Shown here one piece after another: positions 1 to 13,691 of a stretch of 64,000 nt of DNA (within the stretch, counting starts at the first letter, position 1; each line of letters begins with the position of its first letter). Source of the DNA: Moniliella sp. 'wahieum' (Eukaryota); NCBI GenBank assembly GCA_003971905.1, contig RSEE01000002.1:620001-684000 (forward strand), written 5' to 3'. A model generated the notes under the pieces. That model was not told the DNA's origin. It saw only the letters and a list, made by a program, of their open reading frames with translations, and made no database searches. The position numbers and the translations under genes were made by a program.

Positions 1-2974
1 AGAATACCGAAAGTGATGGTCACTGTAAGTTCGACTGGGATACTATATGGTAGTGTTGAGAGCTGTGTTATGGGGAGAGGGACGTACTGGCACATCCGAA
101 CGGAGCTAGAGACGCGGTGGGGGGCCTCCCAATCTTGAGATGTCGGATCGCATGGCAATGTTGTGTGTGTGCCGGAATGGGCAGGATAGTAGCACGCCTA
201 TCGTGGTCCGTGGTCCTGAAGGGTTGTGGCCTGACGGTTGACGCAGGCAAAGGTAGGGTAGGACAGGTCCTATCACACTAATACAACCCGTCTCTTGTAG
301 AATCACCGCAGGATCCGGACAGAGGGAACTAAAAGGAAGGTGGATATCGACGGCACGTGATGCCCGCGGTCGAAGGGATACTGGAAGACCGAGATGTGGG
401 GTCACTGGAAGCAGGTCCGTAGGACTGCTGTGGTGAACTAGGAGGAAGGCAGGAGTTGCCTGCAGTGGTGGGTCAAGTATGGAATTGCAAAGGATGACAG
501 GTATTACATATGATGAAGGATGAAAGGAAGAGACAAAATGTAGACGAGGAAGAAGACGAAATGACCCGTTAGAGAGAAAAAACATGGATCAAAGGTCATA
601 TATCCGACGTACCGGCAGGTTCTATAAGGAATAGACAACACAACGAAGAAAGTGGAAAGGAATGGAGATCAGTGGGCCTCAGAAAGGCAGTAAGGAAAAC
701 GTCCCCACTCAGCCAGAAACGGGAACACAGCCAAAACCAGAAAGTCCCAAAGTATATATGTAAAGGCCAGGTTCTCCACCCTCAGCGTGCCTCAGCCAGA
801 AACGGAAAAGGTAGCGGGAGAGGGGGAAAATCTCACATCTCATAACGAGAACGAGGCGCACACAGATCAGGAAACTGATGTCCAGATCCTGAGGCTCAAC
901 TTGGAGCTCACTTGCGTCCAAGACCAACGACCAAATAATGATTGATGTATTAGGGTGAAGTCACAGGGGGATTCAGAAGCTCACGCACGGACCACCTCAG
1001 CCGCAACAAAAAATGACTTGCCGCTGGATCCTAGTATAGTAGTTCATAAATCGATGGGAACATGCTCCGTTTGGACACAACAAGGAGCACACGGGTTGCT
1101 CAAGGTTCAGGCAAGCCAACCTAGCCTTGACGTAGGCCTAACCTAGGCAAGGGAGACAGGGGGAGAGGATTGGCTCGGCTGGGCCCGGCCACCCCGCCGT
1201 CGCCCGTAAGAGGAACCACAGCCTCGGGAGAGGGTTATACTGTCGATAAAGTCTTTTTCCCAAACGCCATCCGAGTCTCAAAACCCACATCTCTCGTCCA
1301 TTACTTACATCCGGTGCACTCATCTATTGAACCCCAGATCTTCGTGGACTTCCGGTGCACTGGAAGGATGGTTTGGGCCCTCCTGTCGACGGGTGTGTGG
1401 AGGTCGTCGGTGACATGTGACATGTTGGCGGACTACCAACAAAACAGGTATCCGCAAAAGTCCCCATATCATCCCAAGCTGTCTTGAACGTCCTGAGCGA
1501 ATTGAACGTTGAACGTAAGAGGCCCTGCAACTTTCATGGGGAGCGATGCGTAACTTGGTTGGCGTAATTGACACGCTGGATGGGGAGGGAAATGGAGGGG
1601 TGCAACCCAATCAACGTAATCAACACATTGAAGGAGGATCGGGGGGTGCTTTTCACACTGCCCGCTTCTTGTTGTCACGTATCACGTCACACGACACGCA
1701 TCATGCATCATGCATGTCATGCGTCACGGTGTTCTTTCAAATTTCAGTTGACTCTTCCCCCCGCTCTTTCCCCCTCTCTTCCCCTCTTTTTTCCTTCTTT
1801 CTTGCAGCGCATCTTGGAAACAGAAGCCCAGAAGCAACTGTCGGGGAATTGCAAGAACGAGACGATAGGGCCTGATCTGATGCCTGCATATAGGGAGCGG
1901 CCAACACATGAAGGCGAAGCAGCTGGCTCCAAAAGGCAATACAAATCGAGTTTGAAATTGAAAAGGGGGCGGCCCAATGCGCCAACGCGGGGAATTATAG
2001 TCGGCACAACAGGAAAGAAGAACTCACCGAATGCAGAGCGGCCACCTGGGGCGACTGGCGCCGAGGCGCCATGCTGTTCCTGGTGTGTGACACGTGAGGG
2101 ATAGTCGATAGCATCGAGCATCGAGCATCGATACCTAGAGCAGGGAGTGAAGCCTGAAGCTAGTGAGCGCAGTGGGCGCTCGGGCTAAGCGAGATCCGAG
2201 CTTTAGCGTCTTGGCTGTGCAGTCTCTGCCGCCGCTGCCGCAAGCTACGCCCCCACGCGGCAAAGGGAGCAGCGACATGCCCCCTCAGCCTGAGGCTCAG
2301 GGCTGAGGCTCAGCGCTCCGCCTCCGCGCCAGAGCACAGCCCGCGGCGGCCACGGCCATGACAACACACCCGCAGGGAGTGTCGAAGGACGCTGGGGCGA
2401 TGTTCCTATGCAGCGGCGGGCCAGACCGGACAGAGTGGCCGAACCTTCGGGGGGCGGCCGCGGGGGCGCCGCGATCCGAGCTGGGGCCTGCTGGGGGCGG
2501 CTGGGCGCTGGGCGCTGGGGGCTGGCGAACGGTGGTGGGTGTGATGGACGTGGAAGGGGGCGAGCAGGGGGAGTAGGGTTGCCGCGGTGTGCCCCCCGCT
2601 TTCCGAGGGGCGGCATGGGCGGCAGGGTGGGCGGTGGAGCACGGTGGCCAGGCACGGGGGCAGTGGGCGCTGGATGGCCACTTTAAACGGCTTGGCCTCT
2701 GCGGATTCGTCGGCGGCGGCCTGGGCAGGCACAGACATGCTCCTCAGTGGGGTCTTCCTTAGCGTCAGCACGAGTATACTCGCTCCCAACATCCCTCCCG
2801 CATCACCCGCTGATCAACACCAGCATCCACCGCCATTCCACATCCATCTCTTTCCCTCCTCCCTCCGCCCTCCGCCCTCCGCCCTCTCCATCCACCCACA
2901 TCCAGCCAGCCCAGCCGCCACAGCCCGCCCCAAAAGCACCCCCTCCCTCGCCCCCGCATCCCCCCACCCATCCC

Positions 2975-4895
2975 ATGTCCGTCGCTGCTCTGCCCATGCG
3001 CGCCCACCATTCCAGCCCCGCACCCTCTGCCCCCCCCGCACCGCTCCGCCATCGACGACACCCCTGTCCCTGCCCTCGGCCAGCAGGCCCTATGTGCGCC
3101 GCAAGCCTTCGCCGCTGCCCCCTAGCACCTCCCTTCCATCCTTCCCCCTGCGTCCACGTCTCGACCACCCTTGTCCACCTCCGCTGCTACAACACCCACG
3201 TCCGCCGTGCCACCGACTTTGGGCCCTCGTCCCACGCTGCCAGCACCATCGGCTCCTTCTCCACCATCGACACCGCCACTCAGCACTCGCTCTCTGGCAC
3301 ACGCCCCCCGCCTGCCTCGGATCCGGCCATGGCCGACCAAGCTGCCCAACCCCGCCGCGGTGTCTTCCACCGCAAGTTCAATGCCTCCACCGACAACATC
3401 TCCGTCTCCTCCCGCCTCTCCATCTCCTCCACTGTGTCCAATGCAAGTGTCATGATCCGCCGCGGCGCCAATTCGATCGGTGCTGGTGTCTCTCGGGGGC
3501 GGACGAAGATTTCTCGTGCGAGCAAGCACTCCATCATGGGCATCTCCAACATCTTCTCCAAGGACAGGAAGAAAGAAGATACGGATCTTTCCCCCCTTGC
3601 CCCTCTTTCTACCTCCGCCATGCAACCGGCCCCAACTTTGCCCCCAACCCTCGTCTCACCCCCCGGGGAAACGTCCCGTGCATCCAGTGCCGGCGTCTCA
3701 GTGTCCCTCATGACGATTGAGTCAGATGCGGCTGCGGCTACACGGCAGGGCCTTACACCTGCTGCGTTTTATGTCCGGCAAATGCAGGAAGCGGAACAAG
3801 CTCGCACGCACCTCCTCCCACTCTCCACCTCGGGCTCGGACCATGGTACGGGCCAACTCGGACGAGGGGACGCCACGGTGCAGCGGGAAACCCAGCATCT
3901 CCCATCGCAGACGGCCAACACGCCGCGATTCTCTGCCGACGCGTTGGCAGAAGAAAAGACATTCACATTCCCGCCCCAGCGTCTGGGCCAACACAGAGTG
4001 AGAGTGCAAACCAGCTTTCTGCCTTGGAAGGTGGTCCGCAACGTTCTGCCTCTACTCGCAGTTCTAAAGAGACTTCAGACGCGTTGTTCCGTCATGCAGC
4101 GGACCTGCAGGCGGATGCTGCTCCCTCGGCCGTCTTGGCGCGCGACGAACGACGACGTTCGAGCGAAGTGCGGGACGACCGCACCGCTTCTTCCTTTATG
4201 ATGTTGGAACCTCCCGGGTCCCGGAGCTGCCGCCACTAGATTTGTCCGCGGATCCACTTATGGATCCCAATATGGAAGTGTAACGCCTCCTCCAGCTAAG
4301 GGGGTTCCTTACCGCCTCGCCACCATGCCGGTGGCTCCGTTGTTTCCGTGGCGAGTCTGCGTCTTGGAACGGACTCTTCCGCGCCCTCGGTCACCTACGA
4401 CACCGACTCGCTCCGGCAATGGGCGGAGGGGATGGAGCGCGGTCGTGCTTCAGCAGCCAGGGCGGCTCCACCACGTAGCATCCTCAAGAAACGCCAACAC
4501 GACCTTAGCTTCCCTCCTACTCCTGAAGGTTCCGCTCCACCTTCCTTGCCCTCTACCCGCCGCACGTCTCGCTCCCTCTGCACATGGCCCCCCTGGAACC
4601 TGCTCCTACTGCTCCTACTTCCGGGAACTTCCCCAGTTCTGCAGCACTTGCCTCAGCTGCCTCGGTGGGGTTATCCTCCACGTCCAGCCTGGCCGGAGGG
4701 CGACGGATCGTATTCGCCCCTCGGGCAGATGCATTCTACCTGGCTGCCAACATGTACGATCGCCGAGGCGAACTGACCACGGCCAATCGTCTTACCCCCA
4801 TCTTGGCCCAGCAGATCAAGAAGAGTTGAACGCGTACAAGATGGAGGAGATGCCGGTGGCTCCCTCGTCGCGGATTTACCCAATTTTTTGTCTAG
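2975..4895 (+). CDS. BNI4: Bni4-like PP1 (Glc7)-targeting protein; start uncertain (ATG 2975 or 3329), frameshifted
   Basis: Low-complexity S/P-rich body. Joining ORFs 4584..4829 and 4325..4915 gives the C-terminus RIVFAP...YDRRGELTTANRLTPILAQQIKEELNAYKMEEMPVAPSSRIY-QFFV-stop (TAG 4893-4895), which matches the fungal Bni4 C-terminal signature YDRRG...NRLTP.LAQ.IKEELN..KMEM.V...S...T.FF. Confidence 0.75.
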
Positions 4896-5154
4896 CTTCA
4901 TGCAGCTCTCCCTGAAGCGTGGAGGGGGAGGGATACGGACGACTAGTAGGTTTCTCTAAGGGTACCTGGAGGGCCCGGTGGGGTCCGTGGGTTGTTCCCA
5001 AGGGACAGGATTTGCTGGCGTGCTTGACGCTGTCCTCCCTCCCCCCCTGCTTTGTGCACGCCGGTGACGATGCGACGATCTTTCTTTTCCCCCTTTGCTT
5101 GCATACATTTGGTTGTTGGTGAGGGTCTTCCTCACGGTTGCATTTCCCTGGTTC

Positions 5155-5183
5155 TTTTGCTCTTGCTCTTGCTCTTGCTCTTC
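5155..5183. repeat. (CTCTTG)n microsatellite
   Basis: ttttgctcttgctcttgctcttgctcttc read directly. Confidence 0.85.
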
Positions 5184-5606
5184 CCCTTCCCCTTGACTAT
5201 ACATACACTCCTACAGGGCCCGGTCACTGGACAGCTATCAATATCCATTCCAGCGTCAAACAAGCTAAAACGATGAGGAGCTCGGCTGGCGTAGACCTGG
5301 TTGACCGCATATGGTTCTACAGTACTGATCGCGGGGGAGGCTGGCAACGGAGGGGTTGTGCGTGTCGTGGAGAGAGACGATTATCCTGCGTGGATTCTTC
5401 GAGGGGCGACACCTTGTAGCCTGAGGCATGAAAGTTGAAACGCGTCCGCGATCATTTTAACCTTTCACATTTGATTGCCAAAGCCCTGGTGTCCCACGTC
5501 TCTGTCCCGTATCGGTAGCGGCGGCGATTAGCGGAACCCTAGATTCCGCCCGCCTTGGGCGATCGGCGGCCAGTTTTTGGCTTGAAGCTAGACAGCGTAA
5601 CGCGTA

Positions 5607-7535
5607 ATGGGAACCACGAGCCAACCTACCACCGGACGCGCGCGGCTATGGCCGCTTTTCGCCCTCGCCCTCGCCCTCGTCTGAGCCCGATGACGCACTC
5701 TTCCACATCGACGACTCCCAGGCGCAAGGATTCATCCTTGACACAGACGGCGATCAGCTGTTCACGGCCGATTCCGATCTACCCCCCCCTCCCGACCTCT
5801 CGTTTCTGCAGCACGACACGGACGCTGTGGCGGAACCCTCTGGCGTGCCGCACGGTCTCCTGCTCCCGGAGAACGCACGGGTGACCAAGGGGGACGAGAC
5901 GGTGGTGCAGGACGAAGAAGGGGAGCGGTACTACGACTCGGACGAAGGGTCGGGAGAAAAAGAGAAACAATGCGCGTTACGCTGTGCGTCGTGTGGCGAG
6001 GAAGGACACTTGATGAAACAGTGTCCGCACAAACGGTGCTTGACGTGTGGTGCAGTCGACCTGCACACTACACGCGACTGCCCCGTGGGCATTGTGTGTC
6101 ATAAATGCGGCTGACCGGACACCGAATTCGCGACTGCACCTATCGTGGACCAAGGAGGAACTTGTGTTCTCGCTGCCACTCGCTTTACCACACAGCTACC
6201 GCCTGCCCAAGCTTGTGGCGCATCTACGCCTACTTGGACGACGACGAGTACGAACAAGAACGACAAACGCTCTTTCGCCAAGAGCAACAAGGGCGAGATC
6301 TCTCCCCTGTCTCGCACCTCGAACCAGAACCAGAATCAGAACCAAAGCCAAACCCTGATCCCGAGCCTGAGCCCCAACCCCCTCCCGACTGGGACCCAGC
6401 CACGAGGTGGTGCTCCAACTGTGCCGCACGAGGTAACCACTGGGGCGACGATTGTCCGAGCCACGCCGGGTGGCAGTAGGGGATCGAATATGGAGTGAAG
6501 CGATCAGTCGCACCGGTCCATTTGCCACTCATCTCCCACCGGCGCCGCCGCTCGCCACCTCGATCTACCAAGACGAACCGACGGGTCCGCGGGACGTGGA
6601 CAGCGTGATGAACGAGTACTTTGCACGGAAACGTATGCGACCTACTGGGCCACCTGATGCACCGTCCCCACCTAGCCTGTTGGACCGGTTGGGACGAAGA
6701 CCGAACGAGCGTAGGGACCGGACTGCCTACCCGGCCACGGGATCGCGCGATCGCGATCGCGCGGCGGGAGATAGGAGACGGTCGCGCTGGGGCCAGTCGG
6801 ACCTCGGGCGCCGAATGGACTGGGATGCGGCTCGCCCCGCGGCTGCGTCTCGAGCACGGGACCGCGACCCTAGAACGTACGCAAGAGGGAGGAAGATTGG
6901 TTCGAGCGACGGGCACGTATGCGTCGGGATCCTCACCCACGCGACCGGGACCGGGACAGGGACAGGGATCGGGACGTTGGCAACGCTCCTACCGCGCCTA
7001 GATCGTACCAGTCTTCCCCCCGCAACCGCAATCGCAATCGCAATCGCAATCGCAGGCGGGGGAGACGAGGGATGTGTCCCGATCAAAAGGTACGAGCGTG
7101 CCTGGTTCTCAACCTACCGATCCGTCCCTTGGCAAGCCCACGTCTCGGGCCAAGACGGATAGGCCAGCGCGTGCACCCGAGTTTGGTAAGAATGAGCAGT
7201 TTGCGTTCACGTTTGGTCGCGAGCCGGTGCAGACCGACCGGAACACAAGCAAGAGTACGAGTACGAGTACGAGTACGAGTACCAATGCGTCCGGGAGGAG
7301 TATACCGCTTGGCTCTGATTGTGGGGCGGAGAGCTCGAGAGCACGCCTGAGCGGCGAAAAGAGCGCACGCGCACCAACCACGCCCTCCAGGCCGATACGG
7401 GGGGGCGGCAAGGCTACCACTCCAGCTACGGCTGCTGCGACTTCATCCAGGAAGAAGGTGTCGAAGGCGAGTCAGGCCAAGGCGATCCCACCAAGCCCAC
7501 TGGAGAGGGAAAGAAAGCGTCCCATGCGCCTCTGA
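5607..7535 (+). CDS. AIR2: Air1/Air2-like CCHC zinc-knuckle RNA-binding subunit of TRAMP; frameshifted, ends approximate
   Basis: Five zinc knuckles (CASCGEEGHLMKQC, CLTCGAVDLHTTRDC, CHKCGLTGHRIRDC, CSRCHSLYHTATAC, CSNCAARGNHWGDDC). The Air-specific (I/L)WRxY motif (LWRIY) lies between knuckles 4 and 5, followed by an RD/RN-rich tail. Confidence 0.8.
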
Positions 7536-7791
7536 CACACGCCTCAGTACCACGGTAGTCTGCTAGACTAGCGCTTGCATTGCATCGCATTGTATTCACA
7601 TTCGCATTCCTCCGTGCTTCATGCATGACATCTGTGACGCCTCGGGGGCAAGGTCCCGCTAGCTAACGTTTTTTTGCTCGAGGTGGGGCGATAGATCTGC
7701 GCGGCGGGGAGGGGGGAGCAGGTGTGGACGGCAGGACGTGCGCTGCGGGGCACATTTCCATTCGAGCGGATGAATTGACAGTTGACGCGTT

Positions 7792-8112
7792 TCAGTACTC
7801 AATACTCAATGGCGCGATGTCTAACCCGAGCTTCCAGAGCCCGTCGGCACCCTTGTAAATCTCGCGTGGGCGCAGCTCGACCTTCCAGACGGCTTTCGGC
7901 TTGCCGGCCTGCTCTAGCCGCTGCCGGCAGACTTCTCCGTTAACAATACATGGAACATGTAACTCCTGAACCATCATCGATGCATCATCGAAGCTCTCTG
8001 TGCTCCTGAAGACCAGTCCATCTCCATGGCCTGTCGGCACACCACTAGCTAGACCCGTGACATGTGACAGGAGCTGCCACTTGCCCTCATCGACCTCATC
8101 GATCATCTCTCG
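7792..8112 (-). CDS. Probable last exon of an unidentified small protein
   Basis: Protein-like ORF 7792..8127(-) preceded on the minus strand by a branch point GCTAAT and a TTTTCGCCAG acceptor (about 8113-8139). No recognisable family. Confidence 0.3.
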   Translation of the reverse strand, partial: REMIDEVDEGKWQLLSHVTGLASGVPTGHGDGLVFRSTESFDDASMMVQELHVPCIVNGEVCRQRLEQAGKPKAVWKVELRPREIYKGADGLWKLGLDIAPLSIEY

Positions 8113-9084
8113 CTGGCGAAAAGACAAGGGCTTATTAGCGCATCTATTGTTTTTGTGGATGGCCTGTTAAGCTTTACGATCTAAGAGACCGAAGAAAAGG
8201 CCTAAAGGCAAAAAGGAAAAACAATCGCGAACGATCGATGAGGGGGGAGCTGTGGAACAGCGTTTGTTGCAACCACGAAAAGTGCAAAACGGGCATGACG
8301 GTCTAATAGTTGTGAAAAAGCCTACATGGAGGGACTGGCGGGGAACAAGTCGATAGGAGAAGCTGTGCTGTAAGACACGCCATAGGCTTCGGACGGTGCG
8401 CGTTGAGGACGTTGAAGGTACGTTGGAAGCTTGACGCTTCGTTTGAGCTTTGCGAGGCCAACGTTGGCTTTGCCAAGACCGAAAGAAGCAGAGAGGGGGG
8501 CGGAAGGGTGCCAGAGGGTGCTGGTGGTGATCGGTGATCGGGGACGGCGTTTTTGCGTGTTGGACTTGGGTTGAGCGAGCGGGGAGGCTCTGTGGCGCGG
8601 GCAGCAGGGCGCATCGCTCGGCTGAGCCAAGAAGGCGGTGGGGGGTGCAGTCTGGCCTGTGCGAGCGCCCCCATCGATCCCATCGGCCATGGCGGCTGCC
8701 GCGGAGCGCATGTGGGACATATACTCAGTACGCACTCCGACGGAGGACTCCAGCACGCAGGCCGAGGGAGCAACACGCCAAGAAAACAGACCCCCCAGGG
8801 GGCGAGTGTGCTTTGACAGGGCCGGAGCTGCGCTGTGCGGCGTGTGCGCTCGGGTGCCCCCAGTGCGCGCGTGCGCTCGGCGGCAGTGCACGGCAGCAGC
8901 GCACGGCGGCAGTGTGGGCTCGCGGCCCTGGCTGGCCGGGCGACGGCTGGGATAGGAGGACAGACGCAGGCACCACGCCGCACCACTTGGCAGCTGCTCA
9001 CCTGCCTGCACCACCGCACGACCATAAATTAAAAGCCACACCAGCGCCACCGCACTCCACGTCCCGCCAGCACGCCGCTTCGCC

Positions 9085-10982
9085 TTGCCGCGCCGCGCCT
9101 CCCCACCGCCACCGGCGTCCACACGCGCCACTCGATGGCTGCCACCCCGCCTCCCCCGCCTCCCTCCCCCTCAGCGACGACGAGTCCCCCCCCGTCACCA
9201 CCGAGACCACCGTGCCTCCCCCCGCGTGCAGCCCTGCTCCTCCCCCTCCCCCCCGCTGTTCCAGCCAAAGCGCACCACGCAGCGGCCCATACACTTGTCC
9301 GCCCTGTGGATCCTGCGCAACCCGCTCCATGTCAGCCGTTCTCTCCCCGTCTCCTTTACCGAAACCGACGAGCGCGGGCAGGTACGCACGCGCATCCGAG
9401 CCGTCACCTGTGAGCCTGATCCCGAGACGGCACTGCGGAGGGAACAAGCGCAGGAGCGTGCTAGTCAACGTGCGCGTGCCTGGGCCAAAACCGAAGCGCG
9501 CCAACGCGAACGGGAAGCGCATCGTCTCTGGGGCATGGGCAAGGTGGCCATGCTGCTAGGCATGGCCGATATTAACTTTAATGCGCAGATGGCCATTCTC
9601 GGTGGCTGGGGGACCGGCAGTGGTTCGACGACCTACATTCCCTCGTTGCAGAAGAAGCGCGAGGCGGAGCGGCAAGTGCGCAAGACGCTCGTGGCGGAAC
9701 GTAGGCAGGTCGCCCTCCACCATGCACGCATTTCTTCCCCTTCCTCTTCGGCCAAGCACAGTTGGTTTGGACGCAGGCACCGTCCGCTGAGCCAAGAGGA
9801 CCAATTGGAAGAAGAGACGGAGGAGAACGATGGGTGGCTCAATGCGGAAGAATTGGCTGCGATCAATACCATCATCAACACGCCATTCAATGGCTGCGGC
9901 CCAAGCCTTGTCCGATGGACTTGTCCCGCCTCGTCCCCGTTCGGGTCAGAGCAGTTCCTTCTCTGCGTCCACTGGCTCGTCTGCCAGGATCCATTTTGCC
10001 CGATGCCTGTGCCGTGGGTGGAGGAGGAAAGGGGATACTTCAGTTCGGTGTTTTGGACGTGGCTTGGGGAACGAGAAGAGGGTGCGGATGTTCCCTCGTC
10101 AGCATCCCAGACGTCGTTGGAGGCGCCAGAGGACAGCCAGGTCTTTGACCACTCCGATTCTCAGTCGGTGCAGGAACCCGATCGAGTGCAGTACAATCGC
10201 CTGACCGCTTGGTACGTTTTGTTATGCGTTTCGGTTTCACTTTTCTCTCTCTCTCGTCCGCGCGTCTGGCCTGCCTCCTGTTCCCGTTTTCTCCCCGGCT
10301 ATTAACACCTTTTATGTCTTTGACCAGGCGCATCAAGCGCTCTACCAGGTTCCGTCGCTACCATTCCGACACCTCGATGCTCTCCCCTAATTTGTTCAAG
10401 CTGCGTCGGACACCAACAATGGGCGCAGTAGAGACGCTGCGCGAGTCGGCAGCTAAGGCCGCTTCCAAGAAACCTTCTCGCCCTTCTTCCAGTCGAAGTC
10501 TGACCGATGCACCACGTAGACGTGAGCTGGACCCGAGTGAGCGCCAACGGCGTCGTGATTTGTGTTGGCTGCGCGGCCGGGCGGAACGGGGATGGTAACG
10601 TTATTGGATGGAACGCGCATTCCGGCTCGCAAAGTGACTGATTCCGATCCCGTCCCGCCATCTACAGGAGGTGCATGGGGATACGCTCTCTTGGCCAACA
10701 CCGTCCTACAGTCTCGGAGCCTGTGCGCGTGCACTTGCACCGGAAGAGATTATGCGGCGGCACGAAGTGGAGGTGGCTACGCTGGGACGGGAAGTGCTGG
10801 CCCATGTTCATCAGATGCGAGCCAAGCGAATGGCTGGCGACGAACGGCCAGACGAAGAAAAGAAGAAACACACAACAACAACAACAAACGACGATGACGA
10901 TGATGATGACGAGGACGATGATGATGACGATGACGATGATGAAGAGGAAGAAGGATTGCCTGACCCGGATCAGAGGAGTTGA
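9085..10982 (+). CDS. Hypothetical protein with acidic C-terminal tract; start uncertain
   Basis: 406-aa ORF with protein-like content, an intron-like GTACGT...CAG at about 10212-10327, and continuation into ORFs 10209/10562/10671 ending in a D/E run. No family recognised. Confidence 0.5.
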
Positions 10983-12628
10983 CACGCGCTACCACTCGCG
11001 CTGCGGCGCAGGAAGTGTTCCACCACCGCGCGCAAACTCGCATGGGATCGTCCCGTCTCCCTGATCCGTCCGGCCCTTCTACGTCGACTTGACACAGATC
11101 CTCCATCCGATTTCATCCCATTCATCCATCCACTCGATTTCATCCCTCTTACCCAAAACCCAACCCATCCGAGTTCATCCATCCCATCCCATCCCATCCC
11201 ATCCCCATCCCATCCTCCATTTCTCACATTTTACCACTTCATTTCCCACATGATGTTCTTGTTTTGGCTGTACAATTTCTGGCCTTTTGGGATTGGTTGG
11301 CTCCAGTTACGGAGCCACGTCCTTCTGGCTAATGATGCCTTTGCTTGAAGCTTGATGCCCTTGGCTTGCTACACACCTCCATGCATGGCCCCCTCTCTCC
11401 TTGTCGCATTTCATCTGTATTTGTTTGAATCCAGTTTTTGGTACAACCCTCCGTTTGGCATTGGCCATGCACCTTCTGTTGATCGATCCACAGCTCATTC
11501 CCCATGTTTCCTGCCCAGACGCATCCCCTCTCGATGGACCAAGGACAGACTTGATCTTCGAACGTTTTGGAGAGAGTGCGAGGTTACAGATGCAGAGACC
11601 TGATGAATATACTATAATGACCCACACACTCAGCGTCTTGGCTCTCACATTCGGAGGACTCCAGCTGATCCTCAAGTCCATCTGTGCACGTGAGACGCCC
11701 CGGAATGAAGTTACTCAGCTCTCGTTTCGTTCCTCCCCATGACTGGGCCCTTCTCGTAGTTGCGCATCAGTACTTTCTGGCCGTCTTGCTCTATCATGCA
11801 CTTCTTGGTGCGACGTGCTAAATACAGTGCCCATACCTTGACACAGTCCCCAGCTAGGAACGGCCCAGATCCTTGACGTGAGAGATTGTTGTAACACACG
11901 GATCGTGGTCCTTGGCTGGTCAACTGCGGCAGGGGGAGAGCGCCGGGGCACATCAAAAGCTCTTTCTTACACAGATCGTTCGCCTCGAATTGGTTCAGCT
12001 CGATGATCCCGGCCCTTGTCTTCGGTAGACAAATTCCTTCCGGAATGAGCGAGTGTGGATGGGCAGCTTCTCAGCATTCTTCTCGAACTTGTTCATGTCG
12101 CCGGCAACACAAGAGCAGCAGAGTTGCTGGAGACGTTTGAGTCCATATCGCCCATCGCGGCGCGTTCCTACTAGTCGTATACAGAATTGTTGCCCTGGAA
12201 AGCGTGATCCAAATGCCTCTCGAGGTTCGTTTGGATTGGTCGTAACCCCTGGCTGACCCACATTGTTGGCCTGTGCGCACAGATTGGCCAAATGGCTGCG
12301 CCACACGCGCGCGCCTCCTTTAATCTCCTGCTCCTCTGTGGTTGCATCCTGTCTCCTCGCCACCGTCCCTCTCATTGCGCCCGTAGCAACGGTATCCCAT
12401 ATCTGCAGCCAGCACATCGCAGACTGATCTGTGCCACGGCGTAACAGCTCCATCTTATTCCTTGTCCACCAACGTCATCATTGTTGTTGCTTTTGCACCA
12501 CCTGCTTCCCGCCTTCCTCGTCCCGGCCCCATCTCTTGGTTCTCCCCGCCTGGTCTACATTGCACTGCCTTACGTCTCCATTCCCTCTCCCGTCACACTC
12601 CGTCCTCCTCGTCTGTATCGCTGTTGGA

Positions 12629-12659
<31 letters not shown>

Positions 12660-13544
12660 CCCCATCACCCCGCCCTCTTTCACTGTCCGTGCATTGCTTC
12701 TGCCGTACGTGCTCATTCCTTCTTGTACAACAGCGCGCCGTTGCGACCTGGCCCTGCCGCCTGTATACACAGACTCGCCCTCGCGGACCATATTGCCTTC
12801 GTTTGAGCTGGTTCGCAGCGCCATCGTACGTTCCCGCTTTATCCGCATTCCCCCCGCTTCTGCTGACCTTTTGTGGGTCGCATGCGTGGTGCATGCACCA
12901 TTTCGCTTGCCTTCGACCCACCCTTGTCTGTCTGCTCACTTTGGCTGTCTCGCTCCATGATGGTTTGCCTCGCCTGTGGTCCTCTCGCTTGGCTGGTCTG
13001 CCTTGCCATCGTATGTCCCCCGTCCTTCGCGTTTGGAGTGTCCTGCCACTTACACTGTTTGCCCAGCTGCTGCATGCACGGAATCCCACAATTGGGTCGT
13101 CTCTCCTTGTTCGCTTCGGATCATCTGACCTGTTTCGCCGTCGTACGTCCCTTCTGTCATATGCCGACGCTGTTCCTGACCTCGTCCGCCCTACCCGTGG
13201 CATTCCGACTTCACTTTTGCCCTCGCTACTGGCCGACTGATCGCCTGACCCGTGAGTCTCCGTCGCACATATTCTGTGTCTCTCGCTAGCCCTCTGTGTG
13301 GCTGATTTGGCCAGCTTCTCCCTAGTGCGCACTCCCCCACACATATCTGCCACTTGCTGTGTAGCTCACTGCTCTACTACGTTCGTGCTTCCGTCCTACG
13401 TCGCACCTAACCGTACTAGTTGCCGTGTAATCGCTTCCCAGCGAGATCTTCGAGTGCATTCTATAATACCTACAAAAATAACTGCCCTCCGCCCCTGTAA
13501 ATCTATTGTAGTTCTGCATCGATGCCAGCCTTAACCAGCCAGCC

Positions 13545-13691
13545 GGTTAGAGAGCCTACAAGCATGCATCCATCAACAGCTAAGCGTTTGGGTGCATTTG
13601 GGCTATGCGCTTGAGCGGGTTAGAGAGCCTACAAGCATGCATCCAATCAACAGCTAAGCGTTTGGGTGCATTTGGGCTATGCGCTTGAGCG
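13545..13691. repeat. Direct tandem duplication, two copies of about 73-74 bp
   Basis: GGTTAGAGAGCCTACAAGCATGCATCC(A)ATCAACAGCTAAGCGTTTGGGTGCATTTGGGCTATGCGCTTGAGCG at 13545-13617 and 13618-13691, differing by one A. Confidence 0.95.

Noticed and set aside
1..2100. Possible transposon remnant or gene at the window start
   Set aside because: No RT, integrase, transposase or terminal-repeat signature recognised. The ORFs are short and look non-coding.
12630..12657. Long poly-C run suggesting a poly-Pro/Gly ORF or G-quadruplex
   Set aside because: The surrounding ORFs are not protein-like, and homopolymer length is unreliable in this assembly.
13545..13691. CRISPR-like array
   Set aside because: Only two abutting copies without spacers, in a eukaryotic context with no cas genes.
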